NCBI GenBank assembly: GCA_964016885.1
Contig: OZ024750.1
Span: 52,576,001-52,640,000, forward strand
Source: Eledone cirrhosa
Taxonomy: Eukaryota
Direction: 5' to 3'
Length of the DNA: 64,000 nucleotides
Shown: in pieces, positions 53,222-64,000 of the stretch
Layout of the letters: each line of letters starts with the position of its first letter
Numbering within the stretch: the stretch's first letter is position 1
The notes under the pieces: model-generated
What the model saw: the letters and a program-made list of their open reading frames with translations, nothing else
Told to the model about the DNA's origin: nothing
The model's database searches: none
Position numbers and translations under genes: made by a program

Positions 53222-53954
53222 TAAAGCTTGTTCTGAAAATAATGGCCACTTTCAGAAGCATAATTTTATTCTGGAAAAATTAACAACAGAAATGTTTTGA
53301 TTAGTCAAAGTATGAGCCGTGAATATCCATGCATCTCTGCCTATTGACTATTCGGTCAAGAAAAGGATCATTGGTGTTTCGCAGAAAGAGCATCGAGCAC
53401 ACTTCAAAACGCCGAACTTTTTTTTTATTTTCATTGAGCTCATGTGGTACCCAGTTATCGAGCTTTTTCACCTTACCAATCTTCTGGAGATGGTGTGAGA
53501 CTGTTGCAAACCGACACCAAGTGCCTGAGACATTTCTCTGACACTTTGACGTGGGTTTTGTTCAACAATTGCTTTCAATTGTTCATTGTCAAGACTGCAT
53601 GACTGTCCTCTACCTTCTTCATCTTCAAGGCTCTCATCACCACTACGGAATTTCTGAAACCACCTTTGTACTCTGCGATCACTTGTGGACCCCTCTCCCC
53701 ATGCTCTGTTGATATTGGCAGTTTGAACTCATGCAAGAAAATTAAGCGAAGGTCCTTTTTTGTCATGCTCATAATTAAGGGCGCCTATACTTCAAGAATG
53801 TTTTCTATCTGAAATAAGTAGATAATTATTAAAGAGCATACATCAATTATTAAGTATGTCGAAATTCACCTAAAATATAATTAAAATACTATGATAAAAT
53901 TGCGTTTCAAAACACAACACTTAGAGCGTCTATTATTTTCGGAACAACCTAATA
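53222..53954 (-). mobile_element. Internally deleted mariner (Tc1/mariner) transposon
   Basis: N-terminal HTH remnant MTKKDLRLIFLHEFKL. TIR-like ttaggttgttccgaaaataat next to TA at 53953, and a degenerate partner ttgttctgaaaataat at 53228. Confidence 0.7.
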
Positions 53955-54899
53955 CCAAGCCAGTGCAAACCTTGTAATAATCCCAGGTGAGATGTGAAAT
54001 ATAAACTTAATTGACCCACCTTCTTAATCCTGTTTATTATCTTTACATCTATCACAATATTTATTACTTCTATATATATCATAATTTTGTTACTTATATA
54101 ACTATCATAGTATTTTTACCACTTATTTAAGGAGGGGAGGAGACTGCCTACCAGAAGCAGACTAAATCTGGGCATCCAGAGGTAGGTTCTCACAGCTCAG
54201 TTATTGTGTGCTTTATTTTCATTTCAATTTTTGTGCAGCGACTGACTTCAGCTTTTCGCTTCATTTTTTTTAGGTGATTTTTAGTGGGGTTTTTACCCCA
54301 ACCAATGCCCCACGTGACATTGGCCAAATGTATCTGGTGCCCATGTGAGTCTAGTGGATGGAAGACCTGATGCGAATACATACAACAGAGTAGACTCCAC
54401 TAAAGGCACCCACAGTGGTGGTGTTAACCCGGGCTATCAAATAAACACAAGACATTTCGTTCAACATTGACAATCCGCCAACCTGGACTGGCATTAGCTG
54501 ATCAAACGGTAGACCATGGAAATAATCGTTTGGGTGAAAAGGTTTCAGGTAAAAACGATGTATAACGTGATAGTATAAACAATAGCTCTTTATAATCAGT
54601 ACAAGACGCTAATAATTGCAGTCCAGAGCCCATTATTTGGATAGATTTAGTAATTTAACTTAAGGTGTTGGGAATATAACTTAACAAAGGTTTTGGGTTT
54701 TTTTTTTTTTATAAAATTATGATTGAAGATTTTTGGATAAATATAAACACTAAAATAAACATGTTAGTATCTCGTAAAACTAGAGCAGTTTAGTATATAG
54801 GGGTTAAACCTACAAAACAATTGCACAGTGGTAGAGTTACTATATTTAAATACATATGTCGCTATTTTATTTTGTACGAATATTATATATATTATTAAC

Positions 54900-54988
54900 T
54901 TTGCCTTTCATCCTTATGGGGTCGATAAAATAAAGTACCAGTAATGTACTGAGTTATTGCTGGTCTTGTGCCAAAAGTAGAAACAATT
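54900..54988 (+). mobile_element. 5'-truncated tRNA-SINE with TSD atatattattaac
   Basis: gcctttcatccttatggggtcgataaaataaagtaccag...gtagaaaca, with the duplicated flank on both sides. Confidence 0.8.
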
Positions 54989-55292
54989 ATATATATTATT
55001 AACAAATTTCACCGTCCATCTACCCGATCACAGTCTCTTCAGTGGAATTAGGTGTACACCGTAAACATCCCATATTTACTAGACTATTACTTTATACTCT
55101 TCTACATAAAGCCGAAACCTTCAATTCATTGTACCAATAATTTGGTTCCGAAGAACTAAAGTGTTTTTGGTATTTTGAATAACATTCATTCTAGAATAAA
55201 ATTGTATAATATTTGCTGATAAATTAGAAGCAAGCAATGACAAATATGTTATTTACAACAACTGTGATATTTAATATTTTCAAATATTTACC

Positions 55293-55699
55293 TAATTTGT
55301 TTTAAACGACACCAAAAACATTTTGGGGGAAATCTAGAAACAAATTGAGATTGTCGCACAATATAAATACTTAGTTTCGTATAAATATGTAATCCGTAAT
55401 TTTAAGGAAATTCTTTTATATCTTTCGTAAATGCTTTTAATATAGATTTTAATTATTACTAAAATATTATTTCGAAATGTTACGGATTAAATGAATAGGT
55501 CAAATATGAGTAAAAAGAGGAGAATGTAGCAGACTAACTTATACGAAACTGAGTGTTTCTAATATAGTGAAATGGAGGGCAGTAACCAGAAATGTTGATT
55601 AAAAGATTAGTAAATTAAGTTTAATTAAACAGAACAAATATGTCCCGACTTCTTCTAAATATTTTAGTATAAATAAATAACGATCACATTGACACCACT
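55293..55699. promoter_or_regulatory. Putative bidirectional promoter region for ALKBH3/TRAPPC10
   Basis: Inferred from the divergent gene orientation. A candidate minus-strand donor AG|gtaaat at 55292/55291 could end an ALKBH3 5'-UTR exon. The TSSs cannot be determined from sequence. Confidence 0.4.
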
Positions 55700-55724
55700 A
55701 TGGAGACAAAACCAGTTGTTACTT
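55700..55724 (+). CDS. TRAPPC10: TRAPPC10 exon 1: METKPVVT(C)
   Basis: ATG at 55700, donor gtaagt at 55725. Matches TRAPPC10 'MENKPIVTC'. Confidence 0.85.
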
Positions 55725-56619
55725 GTAAGTAAATACTTTAAAGTGAATCTGATGTCGTTTTGTTTATTTTTTCACTCTTGTTTAAAACGTTTTGTTAAAA
55801 TAATCAGAAAGTTAAACACGGATAATTAATCGATTATTTTGTTAAATGCCCATATAATTTATTGGGATTTCAATTAGAATTAAAACTAAGACTTGACATT
55901 AAATGTTGAAGTTGATTAGGGTGTGTCTTATAAATACGTATATTCTCTTCTAGTGTTTAAATTGTCTAAGACATTGCAACAACTCACTAGCATGCTGTAT
56001 ACTCTATATATAACTATCATTGTTAATACACTACACCAGGGGGTTTTAACATATTTCGACCTATACCACACTGAATTAGGCGCTAAAATTGTTATGGCAT
56101 ACCAGCAGCTTTTTTATATATATTTAAAAAAAGCTGTATCGTTGACAATAAAGCTTGCAATGTATGAAACCGTAACTCCGGGTGGAGTTGTAGGAGCGAA
56201 CACAACCGATTTCTTTCAGAGAACCAGGCAGAGGGAGGGAGAAAGAGATGTAGAGGAATCGACCCCAGTACTGAACTGGTATTTTTTATCGACCTCGAAA
56301 GGATGAAAGATAAAGTTGACGTCGGCAGGTAGGAGTGGCAGGAGCGGATCTCAAATTGCTGAGACTCACAGATGATGAAGGAAGGCAATGGACGGTGAGA
56401 TGCTGTGCCAGACCCATGCAATTATGGAAAAGCAGATGTAAAATTGTGTTGATAACGATGATGTTGAGTAATTGAAACGATTTCTGGTTGGAAAAGTTAA
56501 ATAAATTATTTACTATAAAAATATTGCAAGTTCACTGACATAAATTTTGATGCCGTATTTGTCATTATTTTTTCATAAATGTTAGCACTCTTTGCTTCTG
56601 GTACTATGCCTTTGTCTTA

Positions 56620-56781
56620 CTCTCTCTCTCTGTCTCTCTTTCTCTCTTTCTCTCTGTCTGTCTCTCTTTCTCTCTCCTCTCTTTCTCTCTCTGTCTCTCT
56701 TTATCTCTGTCTCTTTCTCTCTGTCTGTCTCTCTTTCTCTCTCTCTCTGTATCTCTTTGTCTCTCTGTCTTTCTCTCTCTG

Positions 56782-56824
<43 letters not shown>

Positions 56825-56871
56825 TTTTCTCTTTCTCTCTTTGTCTCTCTCTGTCTCTCTTTCTCTCTCTC

Positions 56872-56945
<74 letters not shown>
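56620..56945. repeat. (CT)n microsatellite
   Basis: Directly visible. Confidence 0.95.
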
Positions 56946-56949
<4 letters not shown>

Positions 56950-57482
56950 CTTCTCCAGTTTCTGATATTTCTTAACGATATATTCCAGAATATTCTAGAC
57001 TATATGATAGCAGCTCTTCTTCCTCTCATAAAATTAACAATTTTTTTATTGACACAAAAAAAGTAACATCTGCCTTGAAGACACCTTTTTTTGTAAGGTT
57101 CAACAAGAACTTTGTTGTAGGGAAAATTGTTTATTCATAAATCACCCCTATATTCAACAACATCCTTGCTGTGACTATCCCATCCTTTTTTCAGACATAA
57201 TGTATCTTGGACTACATTACCCAAGGTGTGCTATTTTAAACGGTAGTAGGGTGTGGTTTGAAGAAGATTTCAACCATTCATATATTCGCGCTATAGAATG
57301 TTTCATATGTGCTGAGATTGTTCAATCTTTATAGAAGTTGCTTGCATACCATCTTCATTTAACGTCCACTTTCCCTGCTAACAATGGTTGGACAAACACA
57401 TGTATGTATGTATATATATACACATACACTCATGTCATGTTTATGAGATGTAAATTTTAACATTAATATTTCTTGTGAGCAG

Positions 57483-57564
57483 GTTATGGAGACTCGTCGC
57501 TGTTCTCTGGGTTACAAGCACACATCAACCGAGGACTTCCCAAGGAAGCTACAGAATGGAAAAG
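57483..57564 (+). CDS. TRAPPC10: TRAPPC10 exon 2: (C)YGDSSLFSGLQAHINRGLPKEATEWK(R)
   Basis: Acceptor gagcag, donor gtttgt, phases 1/2. Matches 'GDQNLF....LPREPMEWRR'. Confidence 0.9.
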
Positions 57565-57819
57565 GTTTGTTTTCAATCAAATGTCCCCCTTGTTGTTTTT
57601 GATTTAATATGCTGTTGAAAGAGGAAAGACTGTTCCACTAGCCTCTGACATAAACAGCAGGGAGAAGGCAGTTGGGGACAGTTAATATGGACCTATAATT
57701 TTGAGAGGACTTACTCCCTTCAAATTCTATTTCTTTAATTATATTCTGTTACCTGTTTATATATTTATACATATACATTACATGTATATATATTCACACA
57801 CACACGTGCATGTGTGTGT

Positions 57820-58878
57820 GGCAGAACTAGAGAAGAAATTTCAAACCTAGAAGCATGGCCTAGAATCTAAAGGTCTTAAAGTTAACTTGTCTAAGACTAA
57901 AGTTCTAGTATGTAGAAAGGAAAATAGGGCGGTTTCTTGCCATTCCAACAATTGGTGTTTTCTCCCAATTACCGCTGAAGGATGACGTCATCTAGCACAT
58001 GACCTTTATTAGGCTGTTTACTTGTAAACAAACTGAATATTATGTTACTATTATGATATTGTTATTATTCACTCACAAATATATATATATGTATTTGTGA
58101 GTGAATAATAATAACATAATATTCAGTTTGTTTACAAGTAAACAGCCTAATAAACGTCATGTGCTAGATGATGTCATCCTATATATGTATATATATAATC
58201 TGTGCATATGAACAGCAATGTTGCATGGTAGTAAGACCTGGGCACTGTGTGCAGAAAGCTGGCGAAGATTGGAAAGAAATGAAGCTTGCATGCTCCGATG
58301 GATGTGTAATATATGTGAACGACAAAGCATTAACAAACTGAGATAGAAACTAGGCATAAGAGGAATTTGATGCTGTGTGTAGGAGAGGAAATTGCATTGG
58401 TATGGACATGTGATGTGTATATTGGATGACAGCTATATAAAAAGGTGCAAAGCACTAAAAGTCAGTGGAAGCCTTGGAGTGGGGAGACCCAGGAAGACTT
58501 GGGATGAGGTGATAAAAGTTGACCTTGCACAATTGCACCTCTCAAAGGCGACGACACAGGACTGAGATCTCTGGCTTTATGCAGTAATACAGAAGACCCA
58601 CCTTCCCATGGGCACGCGCTGAAGGTGAAGCACATCTATATATAGTATGCACCACCTCCACCCCAGCCTTCCATACATCCAGTGAAGCCTCCAGCCCACA
58701 CTGTAAACTGGTCATGATGGTGACACAACAAAAAGCACCCAGTACTCACAGTAAATGAGGTTGGCGCTAAGAAGCTGTAGAAATCAAGCCAAAATCCTGA
58801 CCTAGCATTTCTCACAACAGGACAACTTGTCCAACCCATGCCAGCATGGAAAAATGAATATTAAATGCTGATGATGAT
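57820..58878 (+). mobile_element. Degenerate RTE LINE 3' part, interrupted by a palindromic insert
   Basis: AELEKKFQT..GLESKGLKVNLSKTKVL at 57820-57930, resuming at about 58195 (AMLHG..TW, LHWYGHV), with a (gat)n tail. Confidence 0.8.
57979..58180. repeat. Near-perfect palindrome (~90-bp arms, (TA)n centre)
   Basis: aggatgacgtcatctagcacatgac...cactcacaaata pairs with tatttgtgagtg...gtcatgtgctagatgatgtcatcct. Confidence 0.9.
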
Positions 58879-58987
58879 ATATACACACATCAGTAATCCA
58901 TGCATAAATTTTATGTTTTCTGTACTGATTACTAAAATACTTAATACGCAGTTTGAAATGAGGCTTACATTTCATATCTGGCTTAGG

Positions 58988-59960
58988 CCTATTACCTATT
59001 ACCTATTGCCAGCATTATGAGCTTATATTTTATATCTTGCCAAGGCTTATTACCTATTGCCAGCATTATGAGCTTATATTTTATATCTTGCCAAGGCCTA
59101 TTACCTATTGCCAGCATTATGAGCCTATATTTTATATCTTGCCAAGGCCTATTACCTATTGCCAGCATTATGAGCTTATATTTTATATCTTGCTAAGGTC
59201 TATTACCTATTGCCAGCATTATGAGCCTATATTTTATATCCTGCCAAGGCCTATTACCTATTGCCAGCATTATGAGCCTATATTTTATATCCTGCCAAGG
59301 CCTATTACCTATTGCCAGCATTATGAGCCTATATTTTATATCTTGCTAAGGTCTATTACCTATTGCCAGCATTATGAGCCTATATTTTATATCCTGCCAA
59401 GGCCTATTACCTATTGCCAGCATTATGAGCCTATATTTTATATCTTGCCAAGGCCTATTACCTATTGCCAGCATTATGAGCCTATATTTTATATCTTGCC
59501 AAGGCTTATTACCTATTGCCAGCATTATGAGCCTATATTTTATATCTTGCCAAGGCTTATTATCTATTGCCAGCATATTGAGCCTATATTTTATATCCTG
59601 CCAAGGCCTATTACCTATTGCCAGCATTATGAGCCTATATTTTATATCTTGCCAAGGCCTATTACCTATTGCCAGCATTATGAGCCTATATTTTATATCT
59701 TGCCAAGGCTTATTATCTATTGCCAGCATTATGAGCCTATATTTTATATCTTGCCAAGGCTTATTATCTATTGCCAGCATTATGAGCCTATATTTTATAT
59801 CCTGCCAAGGCCTATTACCTATTGCCAGCATTATGAGCCTATATTTTACATCTTGCCATGGCCTATTACCTATTGCCAGCATTATGAGCCTATATTTTAT
59901 ATCTTGCCAAGGCTTATTACCTATTGCCAGCATTATGAGCCTATATTTTACATCTTGCCC
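58988..59960. repeat. 51-bp minisatellite (~19 copies)
   Basis: Unit cctattacctattgccagcattatgagcctatattttatatcttgccaagg. Confidence 0.95.
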
Positions 59961-60091
59961 AGCTTTACACGGACCTGTCTGAACAGATAACATAAGCAGG
60001 AACAGTTGTATACAGCTGTAGTTTAGGGAAGACAAGCTGTGTCTTTTAACATGTGAAACCCCAATGTCAACATGTTACTTCTATGTTTCAG

Positions 60092-60224
60092 GTCCTATGG
60101 GAGATCATCGAAATTTGTGTGTCTTGATGCCAGCTTTGTTCCCTATGATGAAGATATTCTACCAACAGAAAATGATAAATCCCTGATTAGTCGACCATTC
60201 TTCCATATATATTGGACTGAATCT
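60092..60224 (+). CDS. TRAPPC10: TRAPPC10 exon 3: (R)SYGRSSKFVCLDASFVPYDEDILPTENDKSLISRPFFHIYWTES
   Basis: Acceptor tgtttcag, donor gtatgt. Matches 'RSYGR..K..LE..FV....LLP....K.L...PF.HIYWTEC'. The gene continues beyond the window. Confidence 0.92.
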
Positions 60225-60983
60225 GTATGTACCATTGTTTTGTTTTTTCTTTAAATAAATAAATGTTAGTCTTTATAATTTCTAATTTAAGACAAAGGTC
60301 AGCAATTTCTTAGCGGAGGAGAAAGTTAGTTATATCAACCCCAGTACTTTAGTGGTACTTTATTTTATTAACCCAGGGAAGGATGAAAGGTAAAGTTCAC
60401 CTGGGCAAGATTTGAACTCTGAATGTAAAGGTGATAATAAATGCCGTAAAACATTTTGTCCGACATTCTACTGATTCTGCTGTCTTTATAATTGGATTTT
60501 TGAGTGGTAGACCTAATCTGTCAGATCAATAGCAGAATCTACTTTGTCATGCTGAATCTCCCTGAGAACTTCGTTAAGGATACATTTGTCTGTGGAATGC
60601 TCAGCCACTTAAACATTAATTTCATAAGCTGGCAGTTTCATTGGCTAGAACACTCATCATTGGAACTGACAGCCAACCTACTAGGAATATATATTATGTA
60701 TAAACAAAGAGTTATTAACTATTTTACCTTATTTCTAACAAAATACTTTCTATTTTAATTAATTAATGAAGAATTTGGGAAAGATTTACTAAAATTAAGA
60801 TGGTATTTATAAGTATTTATAAAATAGCAAAATATTCTTATGTAAAATTATGTTGGAATGTTTTAACCCTTTAGCATTTAAACCTGCTGTATCCGGCCAG
60901 AATTCTCTCACCTCTTTCTTTTCCAACCGGCCATAACCGGCTGCTTATGATGACGTTTAGGTATTGTTCTCAAAATAAATAAT

Positions 60984-61095
60984 TGTTTCTACTTTTGGCA
61001 CAAGGCCAGCAATTACCCAGTGCATTACTGGTACTTTATTTTATCGACCCCGTAAGGATGAAAGGCAAAGTTAACCTCGGCGGGATTTGAACTCA
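60984..61095 (-). mobile_element. 5'-truncated young tRNA-SINE
   Basis: Near-identical to the 3' half of 21326-21510. An older copy lies at 60280-60480. Confidence 0.8.
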
Positions 61096-61509
61096 AAATA
61101 AATAATATCAAAATCTCATAGATTTGATATTATGTAAGATATTATGTGAGGTAAAACTTTTACTGTGAAAATCTATATACTACTAAAACTCTGTGATTGC
61201 TTGCTTGTCTGTAATGTAATACGGCCAAAAGGGTGCATAATGGGAAAATGCTTTGAAAGGAAGTTGCTCCTGAAATGGGGATACAAATGGAATAAAACAA
61301 GTTTCATGTAAATCGGAGCACGGGTCTCCAAGATACGGGGTTTTTCCGGATACCTTCATAAACAGAGAAAGAGAAAGATAGAGAGCAAGAAATAATGGTT
61401 GTGAGAGAGTAGATTGAAAGAGAGACAGAGAAGGAGAATGGAAGAGAGAGAGTTGGTGGTGTTGTGTATATATATGTGTGACACCCATATATATATACAC
61501 ACATTTATA

Positions 61510-63598
61510 TCATCATCATCGTTTAACGTCCATCTTCCACGCTTGCATGGGTTTGGACGGGAGTTTTCCCACTTGAGGCAAGATTTGTTGTCCTGTTCGT
61601 ATAGGACTGTCTGGCGGGTTTTCTACGGCTGGATGCCCTTCCTAACACCAACCACGTTTACAGTGTGGACTGGGAGGTTTTTACCGTGTTACCTACACGG
61701 CCACATTACAGCGTGGACTGTGTGTTTTTTTTTGTCGTGACACCTACACGACCTCATTTGTTTCGGACTGGATGTTGTGGTACCAACATAACTTCACATT
61801 TAAGGAGGTGGTGTGGATGGGGTGGGGGTAGTGGGACGGGGGTGTGTATTTTGTTAGAGGTGCCTACTGACTGTAGGTTTCGCTTTGTACTTAGGCAAGG
61901 CAGGTCTTCTGTATGACTGTAGCGCCAAAGATCTCGGTCCAGTGACATTGTCTTAGAGAGGTGTAAGTGTGTGAGGTCGGAATTTATCAAGTCCCAGGTT
62001 TTTCTGGGTCTGCTTACTCCGTGGCTACCATCTATTTTTATTGCCCTGCACTTTTTTATACAGCTGTCGTCTTTCATGCGCATCACGTGACCGTACCAAC
62101 GTAATCTTCTCTCGAGTAAACAACATCTGATCCCTCTTATTCCTAATTTCTCATTAGTTCGTTTATGCTTTGCCGTTCATGTATATTACTATTACATATC
62201 CAGCGGAGCATGCAAGCTTCGTTTCTCTCCAGTCTGCGTATATCCTCTGCACACAATGCCCAGGTCTCACTGCCATGTAACATTGCTGTTCGTATGCAGG
62301 CATCATACAGCCTGCCTTTCATTTTTAGAGAGAACCCTTTAGCGGCCAATAGTGGTATAAGCTCTCTGAACTTTTTCCATCCCGTTCTGACTCTAGCTAC
62401 TGTACTTTCAGAGCACCCTCCCCCACTGCTGATTTTGTCACCCAGGTAACGGAAGGTGTCCACTATTTCTATAGAACCATCTGTGCAATGGAATGAGCTA
62501 GTATTCTGTGGGCACTTGCTGCTACTTATTGCACCAGAGCACCGGCCACATATAAAATCTATACCTGTGATCCCACTACATCTTTTATGCACCCATACTT
62601 TGCATTTGGGACATAAAATGGAGTTTCTGCCTACTCCTTTCCTACACACTGAGCATGGCCATTTCCCTGAGGGCAGCTGTGCCCTATTTTCCTTTCTACA
62701 AACTAAAACTTTAGTCTTAGACAAGTTAACTTTAAGGCCTTTTGATTCTAGGCCATGCTTCCATGTTTGGAATTTCTTCTCTAGTTCAGCCATTGATTCA
62801 GCTATGAGCGTTAGATCATCTGCATATAGGAGTTACCATGGGCAGCCAGTCTTGAACTCCTCTGTTATAGCCTGAAGGGCAATAATAAATAGTAGGGGGA
62901 TAAGAACGGAGCCCTGATGAACACCAACTTTTACGCTAAACTCTTCACTATATTCGTTGTTAATTCTAACCTTGCTGACTGTTTCTTTATATGGCTTGTA
63001 TAGCTCTCACAAGCCATTCATCAACACCTAGTTTTCTAAGCGCCCACCAGATAATGGAGCGGGGGACTCTGTCAAAGGCTTTCTCCAAGTCAACAAAAGC
63101 TAAGTATAGGGGTTTACTTTTAGCTAGGTACTTCTCTTGTAGTTGTCGTACAATGAAAAGAGCGTCTGTGGTACTTTTACCTGACACAAACTGCATTTCA
63201 TCTAGATCAATTCGTTCTCTGATTAGTTGTGCTATTACTTTTTCTGTGACCTTCATGACCTGGTCGATTAATTTAATGCCTCTATAGTTACCCCTATCAA
63301 GAGCATCTCCTTTACCCTTGTAGCAGTTAATGATGATGCTGCTACACCAGTCCTTCGGAACGGCCCCATTCTGTATGACTTGGTTTACTATCCGGGTGAC
63401 CATAGTGTGTCCCACCATTCCAGATGCTTTCAGCATTTCAGCAACTATTTCCGAAGGCCCAGCCGCCTTACCCCTCTTCATATCTTTGATTGCCTTACTT
63501 ATTATACTACCTTCAACTAGCACTGCTGGTCCCTCTATTGGATCGATGTTGGGGAGACTGTCTTTCTCCCATTTATTCTCCTCATTTTGTAGCCTCAT
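61510..63598 (-). mobile_element. RTE-clade LINE, 5'-truncated, RT with PHD-like Cys-rich insert
   Basis: GKAAGPSEIVAEMLK, KGKGDALDRGNYRGIKL, AFVDLEKAFDRVPR, GVHQGSVL, LLYADDL, CSVC..CPKC..HKRC..CGRC and FRYLG, with a (gat)n tail at 61510. Confidence 0.92.
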
Positions 63599-63612
63599 TA
63601 TGTATATATATC

Positions 63613-63786
63613 ATTCCACTGCAAAGTGGTCGTGGAGGTGCCACGGCAAAAAATCACCCAGCACTCACTCTAAATGAGGTTGGTGTTAGGAAGGGCATCC
63701 AGCTGTAGAAATCAAGCCAGAATCAGTTCCCGACCACCCTTGCAAGCAGGGAAAAGCGGACGTAAAATGATGATGATGATGATGAT
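63613..63786 (+). mobile_element. RTE-type 3' tail / SINE tail fragment
   Basis: ttaggaagggcatccagctgtagaaa...ggacgtaaaa(tga)n. Confidence 0.65.
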
Positions 63787-64000
63787 ACACACACGTTTAT
63801 ATATGGACCTTCCAGTTTCATTTCACATTATATACATGTCTGTATATTTTAATTATTTAAAAATTATTTTTAAATGAACATGATTTAAAAAAAATATTTT
63901 TCAGTGAACGTGACCCAGCGGGTCATGGGTGGTCTAGTATAATAGTAAATATAGAGTAATGTAAATGGTAATGGGTTAAATAGGAACCTCTTTAAATGGG

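Noticed and set aside
54347-54400. gagtcta...tagactc stem enclosing ctgatgcg as a hammerhead
   Set aside because: It has no GAAA box and no helix II.
55700-55724. METKPVVT as a tetraspanin-7 N-terminus
   Set aside because: The downstream in-phase exons clearly match TRAPPC10 and encode no transmembrane helix.
59037-59990. 317-aa ORF of 17-aa repeats (PRPITYCQHYEPIFYIL)
   Set aside because: The 51-bp unit is a multiple of 3, so several frames stay open. It lies in TRAPPC10 intron 2, whose flanking exons join in phase without it.

Overview
Repeat-dominated animal genomic DNA. The SINE and RTE families and the microsatellite load suggest an octopus or other cephalopod (inference). I reconstructed two host genes by hand from splice sites, and they lie head-to-head. 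ALKBH3 is complete on the minus strand, with 7 coding exons from 52641 to 23705 encoding 284 aa. TRAPPC10 contributes its first three exons on the plus strand, from 55700. ALKBH3 introns are inflated by several distinct tandem arrays: 20-, 23-, 50- and 61-bp units plus GGT-based arrays, with a Gypsy LTR and tRNA-Trp PBS inside the 20-mer. The first 23 kb is mostly retroelement remains: an L1/Tx1-like ORF1, a Penelope-like (Naiad-type) RT+GIY-YIG element with inverted pseudo-LTRs and minimal hammerhead ribozymes, a Dong/R4 fragment in (TAA)n, RTE LINEs, and a CRE-clade element inserted into a SINE. The best leads are the non-canonical H-T-D-K-N active-site loop of ALKBH3 (codons AAA AAC, which A-to-I editing could turn acidic), the nested CRE/SINE insertion site, the Penelope fold-back and ribozyme architecture, and inverted LINE copies flanking TRAPPC10 exon 3. 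No database searches were run; family assignments come from recognised motifs.
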